Source: Fibrobacterota bacterium (GTDB taxonomy: Bacteria; Fibrobacterota; Fibrobacteria; UBA11236). From it: a stretch of DNA of 32,000 nt. Location of the stretch: contig JAQBPN010000060.1 of assembly GCA_028287505.1 (NCBI GenBank), positions 1 through 32,000 of the forward strand. The letters run 5' to 3'. A program made the position numbers and the translations under genes. Every line of letters begins with the position of its first letter. Positions within the stretch are counted from its first letter, which is position 1. The notes beneath the pieces are model-generated. The model had not been told where the DNA came from, made no database searches, and saw only the letters and a program-made list of their open reading frames with translations. Shown here in pieces: positions 19,097 through 27,797 of the stretch.

Positions 19097-20383
19097 ATGC
19101 GCATCCTGACCCTGGGCGGCAAGATGCTTTCCGACCCGCTGCGGGACCGGGGCCATGAGGTCCTGTCCATGGGTCCTCCCGGTACCGTACTCCACGTCCT
19201 CGATCGGGAAACGGATTTCCTCCGCTCCCCGGAAGAGGCGCGCGCGGCCATCCGCGAATCGGCCGAATCCTTCAATCCCGATTGGATCCTCCAGGTGGAC
19301 GACTCCAATCCGCTGCCGCATCTGGGCCTGGAATCGCTTCCGGTCCCCAAGGCCTGGTACGCCGTGGACTCCCATCTGCATTGGGAATGGCATCGGCACT
19401 ACGCTCCGGTTTTCGATCTCGTCTTCTGCGCCCAACAGAACCGGGTCCCGGCCCTGAGCGTTTTCCGGGGCAAGGTCGAATGGCTTCCGCTCGCCTTCAC
19501 CGATGAGCCCGTGTTCCTTCCCTGGAGCGGCCGGGAGCATGATGCATCCTTCGTCGGCACCTTGGATCCCGCGCTCAACCCGGCGCGCATCGCGCTGCTG
19601 GACGGGCTCCGATCCCTGGGCCGGCCGGTGCATGCCGTGCAAGGTTCCACCAAGCCGGTCTACAGCGCCTCGCGCCTGGTGATCAACCAATCCGCCCACG
19701 ACGATCTCAACTTCCGCGTCTTCGAGGCCATGGGCTATGGAGCGCTGCTGGTGACGGACCGCATCTCCCATTCGCTCGGGGAAATCGCGGAACCGGAAAA
19801 GGATTTCCTGGTCTATGCGCCCGGCGATGCCGCGGACCTGCACGCCAAGGTGGAATGGGCCCTGGGGCATCCCTCCGAGGCGGAAGCCATGGCGCGCCGG
19901 GGCCATGCCAAGGTATCGGCGCGGCACATGATGTCCCACCGCATTGACCGCATCGCCGAGGTCATGGCCGGTCCGCTTCCGATCCCGTCGCCGCGGGGCC
20001 ATGTCCTGGCCCACCTGGCCGCCGCCCACGAGCACTTGTCGCGGCTGGCCCTGCCCGGACCGCTGGTGGAGTTCTTCGCCGCCGAGGCGCGGCGGCATGC
20101 TTCGGCCGCCCTGGACGCGTCCCCGGGGGAACCTTACGCTTTGCTGACGCTGGCGCAACTCGATCTGGAGCAGGGGGCCCACGGGCCCGCTCTCGCCTGG
20201 CTGGAGACGGACGGGGCCGGGGAGGGAGGGGAGGGGTATCGCCAACGTTACGCTTTCCTGAAGGCTTTGCTGCTGGCCCATGCGGGCCGCATGGCGGAGG
20301 CCCGTCAGACCGTCCTGGCGGGCCTCCGGGCCTTTCCCCTCGACGCCGATCTTCTCAAGCTCGCGGCGGCCGTGGGCCGGTGA
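19097..20383 (+). CDS. CgeB-like glycosyltransferase (GT-B fold), with a possible TPR-like C-terminal tail
   Basis: MRILTLGGKMLSDPLRDRGHEV..., WHRHYAPVFDLVFCAQQN, YSASRLVINQSAHDDLNFRVFEAMGYGALLVTD, helical-repeat-like tail LLTLAQLDLEQGAHGPALAWLE...AGRMAEARQTVLAGLRAFPLD. Confidence 0.72.
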   Translation: MRILTLGGKMLSDPLRDRGHEVLSMGPPGTVLHVLDRETDFLRSPEEARAAIRESAESFNPDWILQVDDSNPLPHLGLESLPVPKAWYAVDSHLHWEWHRHYAPVFDLVFCAQQNRVPALSVFRGKVEWLPLAFTDEPVFLPWSGREHDASFVGTLDPALNPARIALLDGLRSLGRPVHAVQGSTKPVYSASRLVINQSAHDDLNFRVFEAMGYGALLVTDRISHSLGEIAEPEKDFLVYAPGDAADLHAKVEWALGHPSEAEAMARRGHAKVSARHMMSHRIDRIAEVMAGPLPIPSPRGHVLAHLAAAHEHLSRLALPGPLVEFFAAEARRHASAALDASPGEPYALLTLAQLDLEQGAHGPALAWLETDGAGEGGEGYRQRYAFLKALLLAHAGRMAEARQTVLAGLRAFPLDADLLKLAAAVGR

Positions 20384-20395
20384 CGGCCCGCCGGT

Positions 20396-21259
20396 TCACT
20401 TTTCCCCGGTGACGGTTTCGTAGGCCTTGCCGGCGTTGACGCCCTGCTTGGCCGCACCGGCCTGGGCGCCGGCCGTGCCGGCTGCACCCGCTGTACCAGG
20501 ATTGGCCGAGGTCTTGGCTCCGGCGGTTTTCTTGGGCAGGCCGCGGTGTTCGACGACCTTGCCTTCGCCGGTCAGATTGTAATTCAGCTTGGAAGGCGCG
20601 CCCCACCATTCCACCCGGCCGGAACCCGTCAAATCCAGATTGAATACGGATTGGTAATCCAAATCGAGGTAGACTTCGCCGGAACCGCTCAGGTTCACGT
20701 CCGCATCCCCGGAGAGGAGGTTTTCCCCGTGGATGGCCCCGTTCCCGCGCAGGTCTGCTTCCAGCAGGGAGGCATAACCTTCCATCACGATGCTGCCCGA
20801 TCCGTTCAGGTTTGCGGTGAGACGAGAAGCGGTACCCGAGTAACGGATTTCCCCGCCGCCGTTCAGGGTGAGGGTCACTTCCGGAAAATTCCCGTCCTCC
20901 TGGATTTCCACAAGACCGTTGCCGTTATGGGTCAGGCCCCGGAGCTCCGGGACGATGAGGGTGATTTCCGGTTCCACGGTCGGCTGGATTCCGGAGGACA
21001 TGCCGATGGTGAGCGTGCCCCCGTAGGCGTCGGTCTGGAAATAACCCGTCAGGTTGGCGTCCGAGGTGACGTAAGCGGAGTAGGCGGGACCGGTTTTCAC
21101 AATCACATGTACCGGAGCTTCCAAACGCACGCGATCGAAGGACGGCAAGGTGCGGATTTCCGTGGCGGCAACGCCGTTGCCCTGCTCCCATTGGAAGTCC
21201 ACCACCATGCAGGAAGAAAGGAGAAGGGGAAGGGTTGCCAAGGTCAGCCAGGTTTTCAT
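20396..21259 (-). CDS. Lipoprotein with DUF2807 (head GIN-like) beta-solenoid domain
   Basis: Start MKTWLTLATLPLLLSSCMVV with SD-like GGAAAGGAAAC; IRTLPSFDRVRLEAPVHVIVKTGPAYSAYVTSDANL...; repeated NLNGSGSIVMEGY / DVNLSGSGEVYL / NLDLTGSGRVEWW strands. Confidence 0.85.
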   Translation of the reverse strand: MKTWLTLATLPLLLSSCMVVDFQWEQGNGVAATEIRTLPSFDRVRLEAPVHVIVKTGPAYSAYVTSDANLTGYFQTDAYGGTLTIGMSSGIQPTVEPEITLIVPELRGLTHNGNGLVEIQEDGNFPEVTLTLNGGGEIRYSGTASRLTANLNGSGSIVMEGYASLLEADLRGNGAIHGENLLSGDADVNLSGSGEVYLDLDYQSVFNLDLTGSGRVEWWGAPSKLNYNLTGEGKVVEHRGLPKKTAGAKTSANPGTAGAAGTAGAQAGAAKQGVNAGKAYETVTGEK

Positions 21260-21476
21260 CGGAGTTTCCTTTCCGGAATCCCGGCCCGGCCATTGTGGCC
21301 GGGCAAGGTGTCCCGTCGTCGCTGGCTTGTTATTAATCAAAAGGCGGGCCAAACACGTCCCGTTCAAAAAGCCCCTGAATCTTCGGGAAATCGCGATGCC
21401 GGGCGCGTTCCCGTCCGATTCCCCGTCCAGGGCGTGGACAAGCGCTGTCCAGGAATTGGAAGATTAGCCGGTCCCC

Positions 21477-22823
21477 ATGCGCCCAAAACCAACCTCGCCC
21501 GTACCCTGGGGGCAACCCCTCAAATTGCTCCCCTTGCTTGCGTTTTTCGCGGTCGCGGCCGTGCTCCAATCCAAAGGCGAGTTCGAAGGCGATGGGTGGC
21601 GGTATCTCCAGAACGCCCGCAATCTCCTGCACGGTTTTTTCGCTTCCCCGGAAACCCTGATGTTCTGGAACGGTCCCGGATACCCCTTGGTGCTCACTCC
21701 GTTCCTGGCTTTCCACATCCCGCTTCCCCTTGCGCATTTGGCCAATGCCGTGTTCCTGTACCTGGCCGTGGTGCATTTCCAGGGGACGCTCAGGCTGGCC
21801 GGCGTGGAAAAGCGGAGCCTGGCGTACGCTTACGCCATGGCGGGCCTGTTGTTCCTGCATGGGCCGCTCTTGGGAATGATCATGACGGAATCGCTTTCGG
21901 CCTATCTGGTTTGCGGAGCGGCCTACCATTATTGCCGCGCGGCGCGGGAACCGGGATCCCGGCCGCACCTGATCCTGGCCGGGTTACATCTGGGTTACCT
22001 GGCGTTGACCAAGGTCTTCTTCGGATACGTGCTGGAAGTTTCCATTCCCATCGCCCTGGGAGCCTGGCTCTGGGCCCGCGGGACAAACAAGGGGACCGTA
22101 AATGATGGGGCCGGAAATGAAAAGGCCGGGTCAGGGGACGCCGGGCGGACGGCGTGGACGGCGGGAGCGGTCTGCGCCCTGGGGCTGCTGGTCTGCGCGC
22201 CCTACCTGGCCCACACCTGGGCCAAGACGGGCAAGGCCAACCTATGGGGCAATGCCGGCGGGTTCCAGCTTTATTACATGTCCCTGCCGGAAAAGGAATA
22301 CTACGGGGACTGGCTGAACTTCGAAGCGGTGCTGGAGCATCCGGAGTATTTCCGCAACCACGTGGACTTTCTCCGCGAAACCCTCAAATTGGACTTCGTC
22401 TCCCAGGACGGCGTGTTCAAGCAGGCCGCCGTCCGCAACTGCCGGGAGCATCCGGGCAAATGCATCCTCAATTGGCGCGCCAACGTGAACCGCATGGTCT
22501 TCGGTTTTCCCAATACCTATTACCCCGGATCGGGCGCGGACCTGGCGACGGGAAACCGCGCATTCGTGTACGCCTTTCCGTTCGCCCTGTGCCTGCTGCT
22601 TGCCGTGCCGGGCTGGCTGGGACGCCGGACGCTCCCGGCATGGATTCATGCCTGTCTGGCCTTTGCCTGCATTTCCCTGGGAGGCATGTCCCTGGTGTGC
22701 GCCATCCCGCGGCAGGTGTTTCCCTTATTGCCCATGCTGGGGCTGTGGTGCGCGGTGGTAGTGGATAGGACTATCCGGTTCCAGGTGGGCGGGACCGGAG
22801 ACGGGGCAGCGGAGCCCGGTTAG
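21477..22823 (+). CDS. Multi-spanning membrane protein, putative glycosyltransferase/mannosyltransferase-like (dolichyl-phosphate-type GT-C fold)
   Basis: 448 aa with many TM segments; FEGDGWRYLQNARNLLHGFF...WNGPGYPLVLTPFLAF resembles the N-terminal loop of GT-C enzymes. Confidence 0.55.
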   Translation: MRPKPTSPVPWGQPLKLLPLLAFFAVAAVLQSKGEFEGDGWRYLQNARNLLHGFFASPETLMFWNGPGYPLVLTPFLAFHIPLPLAHLANAVFLYLAVVHFQGTLRLAGVEKRSLAYAYAMAGLLFLHGPLLGMIMTESLSAYLVCGAAYHYCRAAREPGSRPHLILAGLHLGYLALTKVFFGYVLEVSIPIALGAWLWARGTNKGTVNDGAGNEKAGSGDAGRTAWTAGAVCALGLLVCAPYLAHTWAKTGKANLWGNAGGFQLYYMSLPEKEYYGDWLNFEAVLEHPEYFRNHVDFLRETLKLDFVSQDGVFKQAAVRNCREHPGKCILNWRANVNRMVFGFPNTYYPGSGADLATGNRAFVYAFPFALCLLLAVPGWLGRRTLPAWIHACLAFACISLGGMSLVCAIPRQVFPLLPMLGLWCAVVVDRTIRFQVGGTGDGAAEPG

Positions 22824-22863
22824 GGCCCGGGGCCCGAAGCAGGCCCTTCCGGGAATTCGGATT

Positions 22864-23058
22864 TCAGGCTTGGATATCGATTTTGCCGCCCACGCCGGGA
22901 GGGCTGGGAGGCGGCGCGGGTGGGGGCAGGGCCGCCAGCAACTGCGCGCTCTGCTGCTTCATCAGGTCTTGGGATTTTTTAAGCATGGCCACATCAATGG
23001 CCGAATCACCGCTCTGGGCACCGCTGACTGCTGCTATTCCGTCCATGGTTGAAAGCAT
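22864..23058 (-). CDS. Small YjfB-like putative motility protein (PF14070-type)
   Basis: MLSTMDGIAAVSGAQSGDSAIDVAMLKKSQDLMKQQSAQLLAALPPPAPPPSPPGVGGKIDIQA; the VAMLKKSQDLMKQQ core and terminal GGKIDI match the family pattern. GGAGG lies 11 nt upstream of ATG 23058 (ORF track uses GTG 23070). Confidence 0.6.
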   Translation of the reverse strand: MLSTMDGIAAVSGAQSGDSAIDVAMLKKSQDLMKQQSAQLLAALPPPAPPPSPPGVGGKIDIQA

Positions 23059-23146
23059 AAAGGGTGGCACCTCCGGAAGGCAAGAACCCGTGTCCCGACC
23101 GGGCCCCGGCGGCTGGATTTAGCGGTCCAGTTTGTACATTTGAGGC

Positions 23147-24460
23147 ATGGCCAAAAAGTTCATCATCGAGGGCGGACGCTATCTGAAAGGCGAAATCCGC
23201 ATCCGGGGCGCCAAAAACGCGGTCACCAAGCAGATGGTGGCGGCCCTGCTGGCTCCGGGAAAATCCGTTCTTCACAACGTTCCGGAAATCGGGGACGTGG
23301 AGATCACCAAGCAAATCCTCGCTTCCATCGGATGCGTCATCACCCACCAGAAGGAAGCGGGAATCCTGGAGATCGACGCCACCAATCTCACCACCCAGGT
23401 GGTGCCCCAGGAATACTCCGGCCTCAACCGCATTCCCATCCTCCTGGCCGGCGTGCTCCTCCACCGTTTCGGCCAGGCGGAAATCCCCATGATGGGCGGC
23501 TGCGATATCGGTCCGCGTCCGGTGGATTTCCATCTGGAGGGCTTCCGCACCCTGGGGGCCCATATCGAATATGAAAAGGGCGCCTACCATTTCCGCGCCA
23601 AACGCCTTTCCGGAGCGCGCATCACCCTGCCTTTCCCCAGCGTGGGGGCCACGGAAAACCTGATGATGGCTGCGGCCACGGCGCAGGGCACCACCGAGAT
23701 CCGCAATGCCGCCATCGAACCGGAAATCGTGGACCTGGCCCTCTTCCTGCAATCCATGGGCGCCATCATCACCCAGGAGACGGACCGCACCTGGATCATC
23801 CAGGGCGTGGAAGAACTGCACGCGGCCCAGCATCGCGTCATCAACGATCGCATCGAAGCGGCCTCCTTCGCGGTCTCCGCCATCGCCACGCGCGGGGACG
23901 TGCTCATCCGCGGCGCGGATCAATTGCACATGCTCACCTTCCTGAATTGGCTGCGCAAGGCCGGAGGGGAATTCGAAACCGTCGAGGACGGCATCCGCTT
24001 TTTCGGCGTGAACTCCAAACTGAAACCCATCGCGGTGGAGACCGGCGTGCATCCCGGCCTGATGACCGATTGGCAGCAGCCGCTGGTGATTCTGCTCACC
24101 CAGGCGGAAGGCATGTCCGTCATCCATGAAACCGTCTACGAAAACCGTTTCGGCTATGCGGAAACCCTGAACCGCATGGGCGCTCGCATCCAGCTCTACA
24201 ACGAGTGCCTGGGCGGCCGCGACTGCCGTTTCCGCAATTCCGGCCACAAGCATTCCGCCATCATCCAGGGACCCACGCCCCTAAAGGGCGCCAGCATCGA
24301 GATTCCCGATTTGCGCGCCGGATTTTCCTATCTGGTGGCCGCGGTGCTGGCCAAGGGCAGGACGGAAATCTCAGGCGTGAACTACATCGAACGCGGTTAC
24401 GATCGCGTGGTGGAAAAATTCCGCCAATTGGGGGTGCCCATCTCCGTCGTAGAGGATTAG
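23147..24460 (+). CDS. murA: UDP-N-acetylglucosamine 1-carboxyvinyltransferase
   Basis: GAKNAVTKQMVAALL, catalytic GGCDIGPRPVDFH, VGATENLMMAAA, EPEIVD, TDWQQP, ETVYENRF, PDLRAG, RGYDR. Confidence 0.93.
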   Translation: MAKKFIIEGGRYLKGEIRIRGAKNAVTKQMVAALLAPGKSVLHNVPEIGDVEITKQILASIGCVITHQKEAGILEIDATNLTTQVVPQEYSGLNRIPILLAGVLLHRFGQAEIPMMGGCDIGPRPVDFHLEGFRTLGAHIEYEKGAYHFRAKRLSGARITLPFPSVGATENLMMAAATAQGTTEIRNAAIEPEIVDLALFLQSMGAIITQETDRTWIIQGVEELHAAQHRVINDRIEAASFAVSAIATRGDVLIRGADQLHMLTFLNWLRKAGGEFETVEDGIRFFGVNSKLKPIAVETGVHPGLMTDWQQPLVILLTQAEGMSVIHETVYENRFGYAETLNRMGARIQLYNECLGGRDCRFRNSGHKHSAIIQGPTPLKGASIEIPDLRAGFSYLVAAVLAKGRTEISGVNYIERGYDRVVEKFRQLGVPISVVED

Positions 24461-24472
24461 AATAGAAGGGCC

Positions 24473-25423
24473 ATGACAAAATCCTTCTGCTTCCTATCGA
24501 AAAAAGGCGGAGTGGGGAAGACCACTTTTTCCCTCAACTGCGCCCATGCCCTGGCTTTCTCCCGCTTCCGCACCCTGCTGGTGGACATGGACGGCCAGGC
24601 CAATCTCACCCGGCATCTGCTCAAGGGAGCCGGAAACTCCGGCGACGCCCCGACCGCGCCCGGAAGCGCGGTCCCGGCCGGCTATCCCGACATCTCCCAG
24701 GTTCTGCTCAAGCGCTGCGCTCCCCACGAGGCCATCCTGACCACCGGCTACGAAAACCTGGATCTGTTGGCCGGAAGCACCAGCCTGGACGATCTGCCCA
24801 TCCTGGACGCAAGGCTCATCCGCGAGCCGGCCCGCTTCAAGCTCATCCTGCAGGAGCTGGCCCCGGATTATGATTTCATCCTGGTCGACTGTCCGCCCAT
24901 CGTCAACTGGCTCACGCGCATGGTGCTGTTCGCGGTGGAGGGCGTGATCGTCCCCATCCAGGCGGAGCCGTACGCGATGCAGGGCCTGCAGGATCTGGTT
25001 CCCATGCTGGACAAGATGACGGCGACGGCGCAGTTGTACAAGATCGTGGTCAACATGTACCGGTCCAACACGCAGTTGCACCAGAACATCCTCAGGGAAA
25101 TCAGCGAGGAATTCCCCGGCCGCATCGCCAAGCAGACCATCCGCCAGACCATCCAGCTGGCCGAGGCGGCCAGGGAAGGCTTGAGCATTTTCGAATACGC
25201 CCCGGCTTCCATCGGCGCCTTGGATCTCTATGCCTTATGCTGGGAGCTGTTCGAGCTTTCGCCGGAAAAGGTGAAGATGAACGTGCAGGCGCGGGGCGAA
25301 GCCGCCGGAGCGCCCGCAATCGCGCCCGTGGAAGCCGAGCCGCCCTTTTCCAGCCCAACCTTGGAACCCATCCAGGAAGCACCCGCGCATCGGGAAACCG
25401 CGGCGGCAGGGGATTCCGCTTAA
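24473..25423 (+). CDS. ParA/Soj-type ATPase (orphan, no ParB in window)
   Basis: Deviant Walker A KKGGVGKTTFSLNCAHAL, LLVDMDGQANLT, YDFILVDCPP; 12 nt after murA with SD GAAGGG. Confidence 0.88.
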   Translation: MTKSFCFLSKKGGVGKTTFSLNCAHALAFSRFRTLLVDMDGQANLTRHLLKGAGNSGDAPTAPGSAVPAGYPDISQVLLKRCAPHEAILTTGYENLDLLAGSTSLDDLPILDARLIREPARFKLILQELAPDYDFILVDCPPIVNWLTRMVLFAVEGVIVPIQAEPYAMQGLQDLVPMLDKMTATAQLYKIVVNMYRSNTQLHQNILREISEEFPGRIAKQTIRQTIQLAEAAREGLSIFEYAPASIGALDLYALCWELFELSPEKVKMNVQARGEAAGAPAIAPVEAEPPFSSPTLEPIQEAPAHRETAAAGDSA

Positions 25424-25427
25424 GACT

Positions 25428-26459
25428 TCATTTGTCCGTCACCCCATAGGTGAGGCCCAGCTGTTTGCGCAAGGGCGCATCGACATTGTGGTTGTGTTCC
25501 CAATAGGTATTCCGGATGCTGGCGATCAACTCCCCCTTTTCCCCGCGGTCGTTTTCCCAGGCCAACAGCTTCCGGGGTGCGGCGGCTTCCACGTGATAGG
25601 TGACGGTGATTCCCTTGGTTACCAGAGTCCACTTTACCGCGGCTTTTCCGCCGCCCTGGAAAGACAGGGTTTCCGGGCCCACCTTGGTCAACACGCCTTC
25701 CGTGAATGCCAGCGGAACGTGCCGCTTGCGCCGCTCCCAAAGTCCGGGCACCAGGTTTATCCGGAGAGGCGCGCCCGCTTCCAGTACCGGACCGTCCAGT
25801 TCGCGCACCAGGATGGGCATTTCGTCTTCGTAATAAAAGGCCGCCGACCGCCCGCCCGCTCCCGGAGCGCCGGCCGCCGGAGCGCCGGCCGCCGGAACGC
25901 CGGGAGCGCTTTTGGGATAGGGCAGAATGGAGATGTTGTCGCCTTCCGCCTCGAAGTAGGAATGGATTTCGGAAACCAGCCCTTTGGATCTGGGAACCAC
26001 CTGGTGGAAGACGCTGCCGCACCATTCCTGGGACGTGAAGGAAATCTTTTGGGGTTGGAAGGGCCTTTCCACCCCCGGGCCGGAAAGGCCGGCGAAAACC
26101 GAAGTCATGATGGAGTAATCGTAAACGCCGGTGGTGAACTTGAGGACGCTGTTGAGTTTGAGCACCGGTATCACCTTGGCGGGAGGGGTCTTATCGCTCT
26201 CCACCTTGATGCGTGTGTCGGCGTTGATTTCCTCATAGACGAAAACCAACACCCCCTGGGCCTTGCGCATCTCGCCGTACCTCTCCGCCGTAATCGCGTA
26301 GCTCGAAAGCTCCGCCAGACCGGATTTCCAGTACTTCAGAAAGTCGGCGCTGGGCGCCGGTTTCGCCGGGCCGGCCGGTTGCGCGAATGCGGTGGCGGAA
26401 GCCAACCAGACCAGGACTACCGCGGTCGGACATATGGATCTCATTGATAAGTTGGCCAT
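25428..26459 (-). CDS. Uncharacterised exported protein
   Basis: 343 aa; signal peptide MRSICPTAVVLVWLASATAFA; low-complexity PGVPAAGAPAAGAPGAGG linker; no confident family. Confidence 0.7.
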   Translation of the reverse strand: MANLSMRSICPTAVVLVWLASATAFAQPAGPAKPAPSADFLKYWKSGLAELSSYAITAERYGEMRKAQGVLVFVYEEINADTRIKVESDKTPPAKVIPVLKLNSVLKFTTGVYDYSIMTSVFAGLSGPGVERPFQPQKISFTSQEWCGSVFHQVVPRSKGLVSEIHSYFEAEGDNISILPYPKSAPGVPAAGAPAAGAPGAGGRSAAFYYEDEMPILVRELDGPVLEAGAPLRINLVPGLWERRKRHVPLAFTEGVLTKVGPETLSFQGGGKAAVKWTLVTKGITVTYHVEAAAPRKLLAWENDRGEKGELIASIRNTYWEHNHNVDAPLRKQLGLTYGVTDK

Positions 26460-26488
26460 GATGAGCTACCTATTATGCAGGGGTGTTG

Positions 26489-27658
26489 ATGGGTAAAATA
26501 AACCCTTTTGGTTCCAAACGTGCCTTCGTCGCCTTCTTTCTCTTTTGCCTCTCCGCCGCTTTCGGCCAAGTGGTGAATCGGTCGGCGGTGGAGAATTTCC
26601 TCATCGAAGGGGAAGTGGGCAAGGCCCAGAAGACCCTCGAGAGCTATCTCGGATCCCCCGATCTCACCTACCCGGACAGCGTCTACATCCTGAAAAACCT
26701 GGGCGTGCTCTACAGTTCCAGCCCCAAACGCAAGGATCTGGGCGACCGGTATTTCTTCCGCCTGCTGGACCTGGATCCGTTCGCTTCCATCCATGATACC
26801 TACGCCAGCAATTCCATCCTGGCGCGCTTCAAGAAGATCCGCAAGACCTACCAGCAGCAGAAGGGCGGCAAGGCCCTGGTTCCCGCCGTGGTGGTTTTCG
26901 ATTTCCACGGAGAAGGCATCAAGAGCGGCGATGGGACGGCCATGGCCCAGCAATTCATCGCCGAGCTGCAGCGCCTGGAAGTGTTCCACACTCTCGATCG
27001 CAGCAACGTGGTGGAAACCATGGACAAGATGCGCATGCAGCCGGAGAAATGCACGAGCAAGGAATGCCGGCTGGACATCGCCCGGCGGCTTACCGCCGAC
27101 AAGCTCGTAACCGTCCAGGCGACCCGCCTGGATACCGTATTCACCTTCACCGTGGCCTATATCGACGTGGAAACCGGGGAAGCCAGCACCAGCCTGACCA
27201 AGGTCTATACCAAGCGTCCGGAAAAGCTGATGGCCGAGGGTTTCGGCGAGCTGGCCTTGGAGCTGCAAAACCATGAAGCCGCTTTCCTGAATCTGAGCGT
27301 AACCCCGGTCAATACCGTCCTCACCATAGACAATACCCCCATGGCGGTTATTTCCTCCCGGGTTCCCCTGAACCCCGGCAAACATCGCATCTGCGGCAGC
27401 AGTCCCGGATACGATACCGAGTGCAAGGATTTCGAAGTGAAGCGGGCGGATGCTCTGACCTATTCCCTGGTGCTGCCCGCAAAGGCAGGCACCCAGGTGC
27501 AAGCCAATAAGGTCTCGGCGGACGAGGATGCGGATGAAGACGAGCCCAATACGGAACCCGGCGAGGCCGCGTCCTCCCATAAGTTCGTCTGGTGGACCTT
27601 GGGGGCCATGGCCGTTCTGGGGGCGACCCTGGCTCTCGTGTTCAATACCAAGAACTGA
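26489..27658 (+). CDS. Exported/membrane-anchored protein with CsgG/TolB-N-like domain, a PEGA-like region and a C-terminal TM
   Basis: Signal peptide FVAFFLFCLSAAFG; VPAVVVFDFHGEGIKSGDGTAMAQQFIAELQRLEVFHTLDRSNVVETM; LNLSVTPVNTVLTIDNTPMAVISSRVPLNPGKHRI; TM KFVWWTLGAMAVLGATLALVF. SD AGGGG upstream of ATG 26489. Confidence 0.7.
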   Translation: MGKINPFGSKRAFVAFFLFCLSAAFGQVVNRSAVENFLIEGEVGKAQKTLESYLGSPDLTYPDSVYILKNLGVLYSSSPKRKDLGDRYFFRLLDLDPFASIHDTYASNSILARFKKIRKTYQQQKGGKALVPAVVVFDFHGEGIKSGDGTAMAQQFIAELQRLEVFHTLDRSNVVETMDKMRMQPEKCTSKECRLDIARRLTADKLVTVQATRLDTVFTFTVAYIDVETGEASTSLTKVYTKRPEKLMAEGFGELALELQNHEAAFLNLSVTPVNTVLTIDNTPMAVISSRVPLNPGKHRICGSSPGYDTECKDFEVKRADALTYSLVLPAKAGTQVQANKVSADEDADEDEPNTEPGEAASSHKFVWWTLGAMAVLGATLALVFNTKN

Positions 27659-27721
27659 CCCGGTCTCCCGGGAAGCCGGGAGCTCGGGATGGGGCCGGCG
27701 TAATCGGGAACGGGTGAATGG

Positions 27722-27748
27722 AAAAGGGGTGCTTGAAGCACCCCTTTT
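27722..27748. terminator. Strong bidirectional hairpin terminator between convergent genes
   Basis: AAAAGGGGTGC-TTGAA-GCACCCCTTTT: perfect 11-bp stem, 5-nt loop, A-tract and T-tract flanks; located between CDS ends at 27658 (+) and 27798 (-). Confidence 0.9.
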
Positions 27749-27797
27749 CGTTTCCATCAAGACTGTCCGGGCCGTCGGACCTTATGCCTAGCGGAAC

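Noticed and set aside
20546-22105. 519-aa plus-strand ORF over the DUF2807 gene and the start of the membrane protein gene
   Set aside because: Codon-aligned with the minus-strand DUF2807 gene and then out of frame with the well-supported TM protein; no signal or domain.
22822-22847. Possible terminator between the membrane protein gene and the YjfB-like gene (AGGGCC...GGCCCT)
   Set aside because: Only a 6-bp arm with a large GC-rich loop and no T-tract; insufficient to call.
25865-25905. GCCGGCCGCCGGAGCGCC-type repeats as a mobile or CRISPR-like array
   Set aside because: They are codons of an Ala/Pro/Gly-rich linker (PGVPAAGAPAAGAPGAGG) in an exported protein; no array structure.
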